A stretch of 64,000 nt of DNA, taken from the NCBI GenBank assembly GCA_965279375.1, contig OZ257156.1:704001-768000 (forward strand), written 5' to 3'. The first letter of the stretch is position 1, and each line of letters opens with the position of its first letter. A program made the position numbers and the translations under genes. Under the pieces are notes generated by a model. It was given only the letters and a program-made list of their open reading frames with translations. It was not told the origin of the DNA and made no database searches. This document shows, piece by piece, positions 19,060 to 30,127 of the stretch. This stretch comes from Gemmatimonas sp. Lineage in GTDB: Bacteria; Gemmatimonadota; Gemmatimonadetes; Gemmatimonadales; Gemmatimonadaceae.

Positions 19060-19617
19060 GTGCAGGCAGCCGTCTTTCCCCGTCGCCGTGTGCTGTTCGT
19101 TGCGTCGCTGAGTGTCGTCTACTGGGCGCTTCTCGGCTGGCAGCACACACACGGCGGTGTCCCCGCGCACAGCTTCATGGCGCGAGACGACATGCCCAAG
19201 ATGTCCAACTGGTGGGGCGCGCTCACGATCCCACTGCTCGCAGTGGTGCTCACGGGTCTGCTGCAGCGACGCCTCGAGAAACTGCGCGCCGATCCCGTGG
19301 CCGCAGACCGCGCCTTGCGCCACGCCACATTCGCCTTTGTTGGTGCTCTGCTTTACGCGCTCGCGATGGCCGTCAGCTTCAGCATCGACCGTGAAAGTCC
19401 GATCATCGCCACGCTGTTCTTCGCGTTGCCCGCCGTCGCTGTACTGCTTCCGATTTTTCGGCCGGAATACCTGCTGGGGTTCGTCCTCGGGCTCACCTAC
19501 GTCCTCGGCCCCGTCATCCCACTGGTGGTGGCGACGGCGGCGGCGTGCATCAGTGCCGTAGCCGTCTTGCTGCTGCGGCCGCTCGTCCGTCGCGTCTTTC
19601 GAGCAGGCCAGCGTTAG
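19060..19617 (+). CDS. Hypothetical membrane protein
   Basis: GTG start after GGAG; HGGVPAHSFMARDDMPKMSNWWG motif; 5-6 TM segments. Confidence 0.72.
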   Translation: MQAAVFPRRRVLFVASLSVVYWALLGWQHTHGGVPAHSFMARDDMPKMSNWWGALTIPLLAVVLTGLLQRRLEKLRADPVAADRALRHATFAFVGALLYALAMAVSFSIDRESPIIATLFFALPAVAVLLPIFRPEYLLGFVLGLTYVLGPVIPLVVATAAACISAVAVLLLRPLVRRVFRAGQR

Positions 19618-19730
19618 GTCGACTCAGTCGACGAGGTCGATGCGGCGGCGCCTCGAGGGATTCGCCCGGTCCACCTCCGGCGCGCTACACTTCCAGCCCA
19701 ATCGCACCCACCCGCCCCGATCCCACCGCC

Positions 19731-20336
19731 ATGCGAAACACCCTGATCTCTCTGGCACTCGCCCTGCCGCTCTCGACCGTGCTGGCGTCGCCGTTGGTCG
19801 CACAGTCCGGCGCACGCCGCGCCGCGCCGAGCACGCGCGCCACCGTCGAAGTCTCCCTCACGTTCGCCGACACCGCCGCCCAGCGTGCGGCCGGCAAGCC
19901 GGCGCTGCTGCGCATCGACTACGGGCAGCCGCATCTGCGCGGACGACACATCAACACGGCCGCGCTGGTACCCCTCGATTCGGTGTGGCGCCTCGGCGCG
20001 AACGGTGCGACGCTGCTCACCACCGACGTGGATCTGCTCATTGGTGGCAAGTCGGTCCCCAAAGGTCGCTACATCGCCCAGCTGCTGCCGACTCGTAGCG
20101 CATGGACGCTGATTCTGCAGGCCGAGACGACCGGCGCCGCCTCCGTCAATCCAACGGCGTACGACGCCAAGAAGGATGTGGCGCGGATCGAGATGTCCGT
20201 GCGGACGATGAGCGCGCCGACGGAGAGCCTCTCCATTTCGCTCGTCCCGTCCACGGCGGCCGGCGTGCAGCGCGGTGAACTCCAGATCGTGTGGGACACC
20301 GTCATGCTGACGACGGAGTGGTCGCTCAAGCCGTAG
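19731..20336 (+). CDS. DUF2911 domain protein (secreted)
   Basis: Signal peptide; IDYGQPHLRGR, VWRLGANGAT, VPKGRY, LQIVWD. Confidence 0.85.
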   Translation: MRNTLISLALALPLSTVLASPLVAQSGARRAAPSTRATVEVSLTFADTAAQRAAGKPALLRIDYGQPHLRGRHINTAALVPLDSVWRLGANGATLLTTDVDLLIGGKSVPKGRYIAQLLPTRSAWTLILQAETTGAASVNPTAYDAKKDVARIEMSVRTMSAPTESLSISLVPSTAAGVQRGELQIVWDTVMLTTEWSLKP

Positions 20337-20364
20337 TGACGCGTCGGCGCGGGGGGCCGAATGT

Positions 20365-20393
20365 TTGACAGCGCGGCCGGCAGGCCGTAAGTC
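20365..20393 (+). promoter_or_regulatory. Sigma-70-type promoter for susCD
   Basis: TTGACA-N17-TAAGTC about 110 nt upstream of the susC start. Confidence 0.55.
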
Positions 20394-20502
20394 AGCAGCA
20401 CAGCGAAGACAGGCCGTCTGGGTATACCGACGCCACTGCTCGCCCCTTGCCCAGGCGTTCGCGGACCCTGGCACATGCGCCCATGACATAGGAGAAGAGT
20501 CG

Positions 20503-23500
20503 ATGATCGCGCCTCGAAGCATGTTGCGTATGGTGATCGCGTTGTCAGCGCTGTGTAGCGGAGTATCCGTCTCCGCACGCGCGCAGGCACCGGCGACTAT
20601 CAGTGGACTCGTCACCGACTCGATCAGTAAACGCCCGATCGCCGGAGCGGAGGTCACCGTCCTCAGCGGCACCGGCACGCTCGCGGGCACCGCGCGCGTG
20701 GGGGAGAACGGTCGTTACAGCGTGGTCACCAGCACGATGGGGCTCGTGACCGTGCGCGTCCGTTCGGTGGGCTATGCGCTGGACCAGCGTCGTCTCACCC
20801 TCGTTGCAGGCGGGTCGTTCACGGCCAACTTCCAGCTCACCGAACGTACGGCGCAGCTCGACCAGATCGTCGTCACCGGAACGGCCGGCGTCACGCAGCG
20901 TCGCGCCATCGGTAACGTGGTCAATACGGTCGACGCCGCAGCCGTGATGGCCAACGCACCGGTGCGCAGCGTGGAGCAGCTGTTGGGCGCGCGTACGCCG
21001 GGACTCATCGTGCTGCCGTCCACGGGTCAGGTGGGCACTGGTGCGCAGCTGCGTGTACGCGGCGCGAGCAGCTTGTCGCTCAGCAACGATCCGCTCGTGT
21101 TCATCGATGGCATCCGCATGGATGCGTCCGCGTCGCGCGGCCCCGGTCAGCGCGGCGGTGCAGGTGCGAGCCGACTGAACGACATCAATCCGCAGGACAT
21201 CGAAAGCGTTGAAGTGATCAAGGGACCGGCCGCTTCCACGCTGTACGGCACGGAAGCGTCCAACGGCGTCATCCAGATCATCACCAAGCGCGGCAAGGCC
21301 GGAAAGCCGAAGTTCGAGTTCACCACGCGGCAGGGCTCCAACTGGCTGGCCAATCCGGAAGGTCGCACAGGCTACCTGTGGTCGCGTGACGCGGCGGGGG
21401 CGCTCACCAGCGTCAATCTGTACAAGTACGAACGCGAGAATGGTGCGGGCCCGATCTTCACGAACGGCCGCAATCAGGGCTACAACATGAACCTGAGCGG
21501 CGGCACCGATGCCAGCCGCTACTTCCTCTCCACCTCGTACGATGACGATGTCGGCATCGTGCCATGGAACTTCGACAAGAAGTTCAGCGGTCGCGTGAAC
21601 GCGGACATCGCCGCCACCAACACGCTGCGCCTGCAGGGCTCCATCGGCTACGTGCGTGCGCGCACGCGTCTCGCGCAGCCGGCCATCGACGTGGATCCGT
21701 TCAGTCAGGTGGTGTGGGGCAACCCGCTCACGCTGACCACGAACCGCCGCGGCTTCCAGGCGTCGCCGCCGGAAAGCTGGTCCACGGTGGAAAGCCGCGC
21801 CGACATCGATCGCACCACGCTCAGCTTCCGCGCCAACTACGCGCCCAAGCCGTGGTTCACGCATCGCCTCATCACGGGCCTCGACATCGGCTCGGAAAAC
21901 AATTTCCTCCTCTACCCACGCCAGCCGCTCGGCGCCGCCGATCCACTTGGCAGCAACGGCCTCGGCACCAAGAACGTCGCACGAAACACGCGCACGGTGC
22001 TCACGCTCGACTACGCGGGCTCGCTCAAGTACACCATCAAGAACGACTTCAACATGACGTCGTCGATGGGCCTGCAGCACTACCGCAATGAGCTCGCCGG
22101 CATCGGCGCAACGGCCATCACCTTCCCTGCGGGACCGATCACGACGGTCAGCGGCGGTGCGACGCGCTCGGGCAGCGAAGACTACTTCGCCAATGCATCG
22201 GTTGGCATGTTCTTGCAGCAGGAAGCGGCGTGGAAGAATCGCGTGTTCCTGACGGCGGCCGTGCGTGCTGACGACAACAGCAGCTTCGGCAAGGACTTCT
22301 CGTCCATCTACTATCCCAAGTTCAGCGGCTCGTGGGTGTTGAGTGAAGAGCCGTGGTTCAAGTTGCCGTTCACGCAGTCGCTGCGAGTGCGCGCAGCGAT
22401 GGGCGCATCCGGCACGCAGCCCGGCACGTTCGACGCGTCGCGTCTCTACGATCCGAGCGTCGGCTACCAGAACGCGCCCGGGCTGATTCCGGCGTCGTTT
22501 GGTAACCCCGCGTTGCGCCCGGAGCGCAGCACGGAGACCGAGGGTGGGTTTGAAGCGACGATGTTCGACGGTCGCGCCCAGATCGAGTACTCGCACTACT
22601 CGCGCAACGTCACCGACGCCATCGTGAATTCGCCGATCGCGCCGTCCGTCGGCTTCCCGGGATCGCAGGTGATCAACGTGGGCCGCGTGAAGGGCTGGGG
22701 CGACGAACTGTCGATCAACTACAACGTGTTGCGCGGCGAGCGGGTGCAGTGGGAGTTGGGCACACAGCTCGCCAACAACCGCAACGAGATCATCGACATG
22801 GGTGGCACCGAGTTCCTCACCGTGGGCGGTGGCGGACAGGCACAGAATCGCGTGGGCTTCGGCATCGCCGACATCTTCATGTACAAGGTCCGTTCGGCCA
22901 CACTCGACGCAAACGGCAACGTGCTGTCGTCGGTGTGCGACGGCGGCCGCGGCAAGGCGGGCCTCGAACAGGGCGGCCCTGACGTCCCCTGCGCGACGGC
23001 CCCTCGCGTCTTCTGGGGACACACGCAGCCGGTCTGGCAGTTCGGTGTGAACAGCACGCTCACGCTGTGGAAGAATCTGCGCCTGTATGCTCGCGTGGAC
23101 GGAAACGGGGGCAACGTGCAGTCGAACACCGAGATCCGCGCACGTCACAACCAGGGTACGACACGCGCCGTCATCCTGCGCAACGATCCGTTGCTGCAGG
23201 TCTATCGCGCCATCGAAGCCGATGCACCGGGCACGTACGAGGCCGGATTCCTGCGTCTGCGTGAACTCTCGGCGACCTACACCATCGGACCACGCTGGCT
23301 TCGCGCGCTCAACGCGTCTGCGGCAAGCCTGACCGTGGCCGGCCGCAATCTGTCGATGCTGTGGACCGCTCAGCACGGTTGGAATACGTCGCGTGACGGG
23401 CAGGTCACGGTCGATGTCGCGAACATGACGACATGGGATCCGGAGATTCGCGCCGTCGGCCAACTGTCGAACGGCTTCCAGACGATCCTGCCGCCGACGG

Positions 23501-23535
23501 CAAGCTTCGTGACCACGCTGCGACTCACCTTCTGA
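20503..23535 (+). CDS. susC: SusC/RagA family TonB-dependent outer membrane transporter
   Basis: LNDINPQDIESVEVIKGPAASTLYGTEASNGVIQIITKRG signature; GNPALRPE; C-terminal Phe; GGAG RBS. Confidence 0.93.
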   Translation: MIAPRSMLRMVIALSALCSGVSVSARAQAPATISGLVTDSISKRPIAGAEVTVLSGTGTLAGTARVGENGRYSVVTSTMGLVTVRVRSVGYALDQRRLTLVAGGSFTANFQLTERTAQLDQIVVTGTAGVTQRRAIGNVVNTVDAAAVMANAPVRSVEQLLGARTPGLIVLPSTGQVGTGAQLRVRGASSLSLSNDPLVFIDGIRMDASASRGPGQRGGAGASRLNDINPQDIESVEVIKGPAASTLYGTEASNGVIQIITKRGKAGKPKFEFTTRQGSNWLANPEGRTGYLWSRDAAGALTSVNLYKYERENGAGPIFTNGRNQGYNMNLSGGTDASRYFLSTSYDDDVGIVPWNFDKKFSGRVNADIAATNTLRLQGSIGYVRARTRLAQPAIDVDPFSQVVWGNPLTLTTNRRGFQASPPESWSTVESRADIDRTTLSFRANYAPKPWFTHRLITGLDIGSENNFLLYPRQPLGAADPLGSNGLGTKNVARNTRTVLTLDYAGSLKYTIKNDFNMTSSMGLQHYRNELAGIGATAITFPAGPITTVSGGATRSGSEDYFANASVGMFLQQEAAWKNRVFLTAAVRADDNSSFGKDFSSIYYPKFSGSWVLSEEPWFKLPFTQSLRVRAAMGASGTQPGTFDASRLYDPSVGYQNAPGLIPASFGNPALRPERSTETEGGFEATMFDGRAQIEYSHYSRNVTDAIVNSPIAPSVGFPGSQVINVGRVKGWGDELSINYNVLRGERVQWELGTQLANNRNEIIDMGGTEFLTVGGGGQAQNRVGFGIADIFMYKVRSATLDANGNVLSSVCDGGRGKAGLEQGGPDVPCATAPRVFWGHTQPVWQFGVNSTLTLWKNLRLYARVDGNGGNVQSNTEIRARHNQGTTRAVILRNDPLLQVYRAIEADAPGTYEAGFLRLRELSATYTIGPRWLRALNASAASLTVAGRNLSMLWTAQHGWNTSRDGQVTVDVANMTTWDPEIRAVGQLSNGFQTILPPTASFVTTLRLTF

Positions 23536-23549
23536 CCGACGGAGACGAC

Positions 23550-24812
23550 ATGATCAAGAACACGTTCCGCGGCGCGTTGCTGGTGATTTCGCTTGCCGCA
23601 ACCGGCGCCTGCAACAGCCTGCTCGAAGTGGAAGTCCCCGGTCGCGTGACCGCCGACGCGCTTGATGATCCCGGCCTCGCGCCGATCATGCACGCCGCGG
23701 CGCTGCAGTCGGCGCAATGCGCGGTGGCACAGTACGCGGCCACCGGCGGCATGCTCTCCGGCGAGTACCTCTCTTCCAACGGCTTCGTCGACAACCATCC
23801 GTGGGAGTGGCGCGGCATCGTCGAGATCCAGAACGCGCCCGGCAGCTGCCCGGGCAATCGCAACACCACGTCGATGGGCTTCTACACGCCGATGCAGCAG
23901 GCACGCTTCCAATTGGAGGATCAGGCCAAGCGTCTGGCCACCTTCACGGATGCGCAGGTGCCCAACCGTCAACTCATGCTCGCCGAAGCCAACGCCTACG
24001 CGGGATACATGTACACGATGCTGGGCGAAGGCATGTGCGAGATGACGATCGACAACGGCCCCAAGATGACGTCGGCCGAGGTGTTTGCGATCGCCGAAAA
24101 GAAGTTCACCGACGCCATCACCATCGCGACGACGGTCAACAATGCCAGCGTGCTGAACATGGCGCGTGTGGGTCGTGCCAGAACACGGCTCGATCTGGGA
24201 GACGGCGCCGGCGCCGCTGCGGACGCGACGCTGGTGCCGTCGGGCTTTGTGCGCAACGCCGAATTCTCGGAAACGATCGCCGCGCGCGAAAACCGCATCT
24301 ACAACCTGACCGTACGCAACGACTTCCTGTCAGTGGGCCCGGACTATCGCGGGCTCACGGTCAACGGCGTCGCCGACCCGCGTGTGCGCGTCACCAACAT
24401 GAACCGCATCGGGCCTGACAACAGCACGCCGATGTGGCAGCAGCAGAAGTTCACCGGCAGCGGTGCGGTGTCACTACCGATCGCATCGTATGCGGAGGCG
24501 CAGCTGATCCTCGCGGAAGCGTCCACGGGGCAGGCGGCGATCGACGCGATGAATCGCGTGCGGGCGCTGTCCAATGTGGCCCCGCTGCCCGCGTTCACCG
24601 CCGGCACCAACACCGAAGCGCTGGTGATCGAGGAGCGTCGTCGGCAGCTCTTCAGCGAAGGGCACCGCTACAATGACATGCTGCGCAAGAAGATTCCGTT
24701 CCAGATGGGCACCAACGGCGTGAACCGCAAAGGTCAGACCTTCAGCAACCTGACCTGCATCCCGCTGCCGTTCGTGGAGACGCGCAATAACCCGAACTTC
24801 AAGTCGAACTAG
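23550..24812 (+). CDS. susD: SusD/RagB family lipoprotein
   Basis: TGAC lipobox; YAEAQLILAEA, NRVR, EERRRQLFSEGHRYND; directly downstream of susC. Confidence 0.92.
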   Translation: MIKNTFRGALLVISLAATGACNSLLEVEVPGRVTADALDDPGLAPIMHAAALQSAQCAVAQYAATGGMLSGEYLSSNGFVDNHPWEWRGIVEIQNAPGSCPGNRNTTSMGFYTPMQQARFQLEDQAKRLATFTDAQVPNRQLMLAEANAYAGYMYTMLGEGMCEMTIDNGPKMTSAEVFAIAEKKFTDAITIATTVNNASVLNMARVGRARTRLDLGDGAGAAADATLVPSGFVRNAEFSETIAARENRIYNLTVRNDFLSVGPDYRGLTVNGVADPRVRVTNMNRIGPDNSTPMWQQQKFTGSGAVSLPIASYAEAQLILAEASTGQAAIDAMNRVRALSNVAPLPAFTAGTNTEALVIEERRRQLFSEGHRYNDMLRKKIPFQMGTNGVNRKGQTFSNLTCIPLPFVETRNNPNFKSN

Positions 24813-24840
24813 GGATTCCGAACGAGTATTGGAGAAACAG

Positions 24841-24882
24841 AAGGCCCCGCGTTCCGAAGCAGGTCGGAGCGCGGGGCCTTTT
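24841..24882 (+). terminator. Rho-independent terminator after susD
   Basis: AAGGCCCCGCGTTCCGA-AGCAGG-TCGGAGCGCGGGGCCTT followed by TT (stem ends in a TTTT tract). Confidence 0.8.
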
Positions 24883-24927
24883 GGTCGTCAGTGCAACTGT
24901 CGCTACGACAACACGCGTTGCGCCAGA

Positions 24928-25338
24928 TCAGCCCGCAAGCGGCGTGGACACACCCAGCTTGAAACCATCCAGGTCGTTGAACTGGAACATGCGTGCTCCC
25001 CACGGCCGATCGGCGGGCTCACTCAGCAACGTGCCGCCAGCGGCGACGATACGAGCCGCTGCCGCGTCAACTTCAGCCGCGCTTCCAACGTTGAGCTGCA
25101 GGTAGAAGCCCTGCCCCTTGATGCGATCCCATCCAAGCTTTCCGTCGTCCTGATTGAGCACGATGCTGCAGTTGCCCGCGACGATCACAGCCGTGGTGAC
25201 TTTGCCGGCGTTCTCATACTGCTGCACCACCTTGAATCCGGCGGCGTCGCGGTAGAAACGGATCGATGCCTCGAGTTCGCGGCAGGTGATCGAGCACCCC
25301 ATGGCGGTGACGTCGAGGGCGGCGGTGGAATCAGACAT
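24928..25338 (-). CDS. VOC / glyoxalase family protein
   Basis: ASIRFYRDAAGF...PADRPWGARMFQFNDLDGFKL. Confidence 0.88.
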   Translation of the reverse strand: MSDSTAALDVTAMGCSITCRELEASIRFYRDAAGFKVVQQYENAGKVTTAVIVAGNCSIVLNQDDGKLGWDRIKGQGFYLQLNVGSAAEVDAAAARIVAAGGTLLSEPADRPWGARMFQFNDLDGFKLGVSTPLAG

Positions 25339-25448
25339 GAAGGACCTGTTGTCGACGAAGGGGATGGTGGGAACGCACGAGACATGCGACGGCAGAAGCT
25401 CGCGGCGTCGAGCCAATGACACAAGCATGCGTCATTGGCCGAGTGCGC

Positions 25449-28400
25449 TCACAGCATCGGCAGCGCGAGCACGGAGAACGTCTGCGTCGGTCCAACCGGC
25501 GTCACCGTCGTGCCCACCATCGTGCCGATGCTGGCCTTGTACACACCAGCCGGTACGCGCTGCGGTTGACCACGCAGCGCCGCCGCGATGCCAGCCGGAC
25601 CACCGGCTCCGCCGCCACCGCCACCGCCACCACCACCGAACCCGACCGCCGTGCCGATCGCACACGATTGCAGCGTGTTTGCCGCAGGACGCGGCGCGCT
25701 CGCGGTGCTGTCTGCAGCTGCGGCCGGCGGCAGCTGCGCCATCAAGCGGCGTGCCGTCGCGCTGTCCGGCGGGACCGGATCGCTGTTCAGATTCCACACC
25801 AGACGACGCAGGCCCACGTTGCGATCGAGTTCGCAGCGACGCACTTGCTTGCCCGCGTTGTCGCTGATCGTCAGCACGAGTTTTGTGTCGGTGGGAAGTG
25901 CATCACGCACGTGATAGGTGATCCACGCGCCCACCGGCGGGTTGGGCGTGCTGAAGTTTCCGCTGATCGCCAGTGCACCCGCCGCGCCAGCCGGTGCCAG
26001 ACCGCCAGGCACGAACGAATATGCGTGGCGCAGTGGAAACAGGCGTGCCGCTTCGGCGAGCGTCGTGCCGTTGATCTCACGCAGCGCGGAGTAATCGTCC
26101 AGCACGTAGAACCCCCGGCCGAACGTCGCCAGCACGACATCGCTTTCGCGCTTGTGCAGGGTGAGGTCGCGCACCTGCGTCACCGGCAGCCCGCCCTTGA
26201 TCTGCACGTACTGCTTGCCGCCATCCACACTCGCAAACAGACCGAACTCGGTGCCGACGAACAGCAGGTCGCCGTTCACGTGATCCTGCGCGATCGTCCA
26301 CACGTCATGACGCGTCGGCAGATTGCCGGTGATGTTCGTCCACGTGCGACCGCGATCGTTGCTGCGCACGATGTACGGCGCATAGTCGCCACGCTGCCAG
26401 TTGTTCAGCGTCACGAACACCGTGTTCGCGTCGCGCGGCGACGCATGCACATCGCTCACGTAGGTGAACTTGGGCACGCCGGGGAACGATTCGATGCGAC
26501 GCCAGTTCTTGCCACCATCCTCCGACACCTGCACCAGTCCGTCGTCAGTGCCCACCCACAGCAGCCCTTCCATCACCGGCGACTCGTCGATCGCGACGAC
26601 ATTGCTCAAGTCGGTGGTAGACACGTTCAGCGCCACCGAACCGCGCGGCCACACCTTCCCCATGATCGGCAACGTGTCGCGATTCAGATTGCGCGATAGA
26701 TCGGGGCTGATCTTGGTCCAGTTGTCGCCGCGATCGTCGCTGCGATACACGAATTGACTGGCGAAGTACAACCGGTCCGCGTTGTGCGGGCTGGTGATGA
26801 AGGGAGCATCCCAGTTGGTGCGATCACGCACGCGCGGCGCTGCCGGCGTCGTCGCTACTGCGGCCTGTGCCCGCGTCGTGTCGCGCGCAGCGCCACCCGC
26901 TCCAGCCGCACCCGCGGCCCCACCGCGCCCTGCCGCGCTCGTATCAGGCGCCGCTGCACCGCCGTCATCGCCACCAAACGACGCAGTGGTCGGACGGATC
27001 CCCTGTCCGCGACCGGTGCGCATATCGAAGCGCGACAGACCACCGTTCTGCGACTCACCGTAGAAGATGTTCTGGTCTTCCATGTGGCCGCGCGCCTGAA
27101 AGCCATCGCCGCCGACGATGTTGAACCAGTCGCTGTTGCGAATGCCCCACGTGTTGGTGGTGCGCGACGGTCCGCACTGCGAGAAGTTGTCCTGCGTACC
27201 GCCGCACACGTAGTAGAACGGCTTCGCGTTGTTCACACCCACACGGTAGTACTGCGTAACGGGCAGCGTCGCATGGAACTTCCACGTCTCGCCAAAATCG
27301 TACGTCTCGTACAGTCCGCCGTCATTGCCCAGCAAAATGTGGTTCTTGTCCATGGGATCGAACGCCATCGCGTGATGGTCCACATGCACGCCTCGGCTTT
27401 CCCAATTCGTGTTGGACCACGTCGCGCCACCATCCGTGCTACGCGAGAGATTCGTTCCCACCTCGTACAGATGGCCCACGCGGTGCGGATCGAGGAACAG
27501 CTCGCTGTAGTACTGGCCGAGGCCGTTGGTGAACCAGTTCTCACGAGCCGTAGCGACACGCGCGCTGTCCGCCGCGGTTACTGGTGCCGCACCCGCGCCA
27601 CGTCCACCAGCGGCGCCGCCGCCTGCGCCGCCACGACCACCAGCGGCTTGCGCGTTCTTTCCAAAGCGCGCCCACGTCGCACCGTCATCCACCGAGCGAT
27701 AGAGCCCCGACTGGCTGTTGCTGGCTTCGATGAACGCGAAGATCTGCGTCGGTGATGTGCGCCCCTCGATGGCCAACCCGGCGCGACCCACATCGCCCGT
27801 GGGCAATCCGCCGCCGAGCTTCGTCCATGTCTTGCCGCCATCGATGGACTTGTGCAGCCCTCCCTCAGGACTTCCACCGATCGCCTGCCCCACCAGTCGA
27901 CGACGCGGATACGTCGCCGCATAGATCACGTCTGCGTTCTTCGGGTCGAACACGATGTCGGTGATACCGGTGTTCTCGCTGATGAACAGACTGCGCGTCC
28001 ATGTCGCGCCGCCATCAGTGGTCTTGAAAAGCCCGCGTTCACCGCCGGCGGAAAAGAGCGGCCCCTGCGAGGCGACGTACACCACATCGGAGTTGCGCGG
28101 ATCGATGATGATTCGCCCGATATGCTCAGACGTTTCGAGCCCCACGCGCTTCCACGTCTTGCCCGCATCGATCGACTTGTACAACCCGTCGCCAAAGTGC
28201 GCGCTGCGCTGACTGTGGTTCTCGCCCGTGCCGAGCCACAGCACATTCGCATTCTTCGGATCGATCTCGATGCAGCACAGATTGTGCGTGCTCTGCTCAT
28301 CGAAGAGTGGCGTGAACGACGCGCCGCGATTCACGGTCTTCCAGAGCCCACCGAACGCCGTGGCGATGTACCACGTGCTCGGATTGGTCGGGTCGATCTT

Positions 28401-28619
28401 GATGTCGGCAATACGGCCAGTCACCAGCCCGGGGCCAAGCGAACGAACCTGCAGCCCCTTGAGCAGGTCGGCGGTCACTGCAGGCAACGCCGGCGAGTCC
28501 GACTTTGCATCGGCCTTGGGCGCACCACGCGGTGCGCGCTGACCATTCATCACAGAAGGAAGCAGCAGCATCGCGGCAAGCGTGCCGGCGCCGAACGAAC
28601 GAAGGAACGATGAAGTCAT
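25449..28619 (-). CDS. Secreted BNR/Asp-box (VPS10/sortilin-like) beta-propeller protein, paralog A
   Basis: Many S/TxDGGxTW Asp boxes; [34 protein letters not shown]. Confidence 0.88.
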   Translation of the reverse strand: MTSSFLRSFGAGTLAAMLLLPSVMNGQRAPRGAPKADAKSDSPALPAVTADLLKGLQVRSLGPGLVTGRIADIKIDPTNPSTWYIATAFGGLWKTVNRGASFTPLFDEQSTHNLCCIEIDPKNANVLWLGTGENHSQRSAHFGDGLYKSIDAGKTWKRVGLETSEHIGRIIIDPRNSDVVYVASQGPLFSAGGERGLFKTTDGGATWTRSLFISENTGITDIVFDPKNADVIYAATYPRRRLVGQAIGGSPEGGLHKSIDGGKTWTKLGGGLPTGDVGRAGLAIEGRTSPTQIFAFIEASNSQSGLYRSVDDGATWARFGKNAQAAGGRGGAGGGAAGGRGAGAAPVTAADSARVATARENWFTNGLGQYYSELFLDPHRVGHLYEVGTNLSRSTDGGATWSNTNWESRGVHVDHHAMAFDPMDKNHILLGNDGGLYETYDFGETWKFHATLPVTQYYRVGVNNAKPFYYVCGGTQDNFSQCGPSRTTNTWGIRNSDWFNIVGGDGFQARGHMEDQNIFYGESQNGGLSRFDMRTGRGQGIRPTTASFGGDDGGAAAPDTSAAGRGGAAGAAGAGGAARDTTRAQAAVATTPAAPRVRDRTNWDAPFITSPHNADRLYFASQFVYRSDDRGDNWTKISPDLSRNLNRDTLPIMGKVWPRGSVALNVSTTDLSNVVAIDESPVMEGLLWVGTDDGLVQVSEDGGKNWRRIESFPGVPKFTYVSDVHASPRDANTVFVTLNNWQRGDYAPYIVRSNDRGRTWTNITGNLPTRHDVWTIAQDHVNGDLLFVGTEFGLFASVDGGKQYVQIKGGLPVTQVRDLTLHKRESDVVLATFGRGFYVLDDYSALREINGTTLAEAARLFPLRHAYSFVPGGLAPAGAAGALAISGNFSTPNPPVGAWITYHVRDALPTDTKLVLTISDNAGKQVRRCELDRNVGLRRLVWNLNSDPVPPDSATARRLMAQLPPAAAADSTASAPRPAANTLQSCAIGTAVGFGGGGGGGGGGAGGPAGIAAALRGQPQRVPAGVYKASIGTMVGTTVTPVGPTQTFSVLALPML

Positions 28620-28972
28620 TGCGCGAGGAAGCGGGCGGGTGGTGGCGAGATGCAGCACGTGCATCTGAACTCGGTCACGCAGAGTCTACGCGGCGGACGA
28701 TCCCACCGCTCGGCTTGCCAGTCCACCAAGGCGACGGATACTTTCGGGAACCTCTTTCCGGAATCGCCGGTGTTGTGCATGCCCACGGTCTGCTCGGTCG
28801 CGCCTCGCGCCTTCTGAGCTGAGCTGAATCTGTCCGGAACCACTGCGGTGGTTCCGTTGACGCTGCCCGGATGACGCGGGGCGCTACACGCGCTCGACCC
28901 GCACGGCATTTGTCGTGCGCGGCCCTCCCGACCCTGGCGCTCCATCACGCGCGTCGCCTAGCGACGTGGCCG

Positions 28973-30025
28973 ATGGCGCGCCCGATTCCGAGCATTCCCG
29001 TGCAGACATCCCGTCAAACCACGCGCGCGCGCGTCAGCGCCGTGCACCGCACCTCCGCGCAGCTTCTCAGTGCCGAACTGCCCTCGTCGCCTACGCTCGA
29101 TGCGACGCTCGCCGAAGCGCTCCGACGAAACACAGACCCGTTGGCGAGGATTGCCGTCGGCGACTGGGTCCTCGCTGAACGGACGGACGACGGCGCGTGG
29201 CGCGTGCTGGCCATCGAGGAACGTCGGTCCGTGCTCATGCGTCGCGCTGCAGGTGGCGATCGCGCGCCGCAACTGCTCGCCGCCAACGTGGACACGGCGC
29301 TGCTCTTCTCGCCATTCCCGGAACCGCCCAACGTACGCCGGCTGGCGCGCCTCGTATCACTGTGCGTCGCTGGCAACGTGCACCCCATCGTCCTCCTAAG
29401 TCGCGCGGACACCGCGACACCGGATTCCCTCGCGCACGCCTTCGACGCGCTGGCGTCGTTCATGCCGACGCTCTCCGTCATCACCAGTTCGACGCGTGGC
29501 GACGATGGGCTGCGCGAGCTCGATCCGTTCCTCACCCCGGGCGCCACACTCGTGCTCCTCGGACCCTCGGGCGCCGGGAAATCGACGCTGCTCAATCGAC
29601 TCGCGGGAATCGAGCACATGACCACCGGTGGCCTGCGAAGCGACGGGGCAGGTCGCCACACGACCACGCATCGTCAACTGCTCGAACTCGCATCCGGCGT
29701 ATCGATCATCGACACCCCCGGACTCCGGGAAGTCGGCGTGTGGGTCTCGGCGGACGGCAACACGTCGGCGGTCAGCGATACGATCTTTCCCGACATCGCC
29801 GACCGCGCCGCCGATTGCCGCTTTCGCGACTGTTCGCACACCAGGGAACCGGGGTGCGCGGTGCAGGCCGCCGTACAGGGAGGCACGCTCGACCCGGCGC
29901 GCGTGAGCCAATGGCAGCAGCTGGCACGCGAGCAGGCTCATGCGGAGCGCTCGGATCACGAGCGGCGACAGCGCGAGCGTGAGGGTAGCCTCTGGATTCG
30001 GCGCTACCCCAAGAAGGGCGGCTGA
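28973..30025 (+). CDS. rsgA: Ribosome small subunit-dependent GTPase A
   Basis: AVGDWV OB fold, AANVD, GPSGAGKSTLLN, GRHTTT, IIDTPG, CRFRDCSHTREPGC zinc site. Confidence 0.9.
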   Translation: MARPIPSIPVQTSRQTTRARVSAVHRTSAQLLSAELPSSPTLDATLAEALRRNTDPLARIAVGDWVLAERTDDGAWRVLAIEERRSVLMRRAAGGDRAPQLLAANVDTALLFSPFPEPPNVRRLARLVSLCVAGNVHPIVLLSRADTATPDSLAHAFDALASFMPTLSVITSSTRGDDGLRELDPFLTPGATLVLLGPSGAGKSTLLNRLAGIEHMTTGGLRSDGAGRHTTTHRQLLELASGVSIIDTPGLREVGVWVSADGNTSAVSDTIFPDIADRAADCRFRDCSHTREPGCAVQAAVQGGTLDPARVSQWQQLAREQAHAERSDHERRQREREGSLWIRRYPKKGG

Positions 30026-30127
30026 GCGGAGGATCGGCGGCGCCCCTGCTTGCCATGACCGACGTCGCGCCCGCACCTTTTCCGTCCCACCCAGCGCGTC
30101 CCCACCGCTACGCAGGACCAAAACAGA

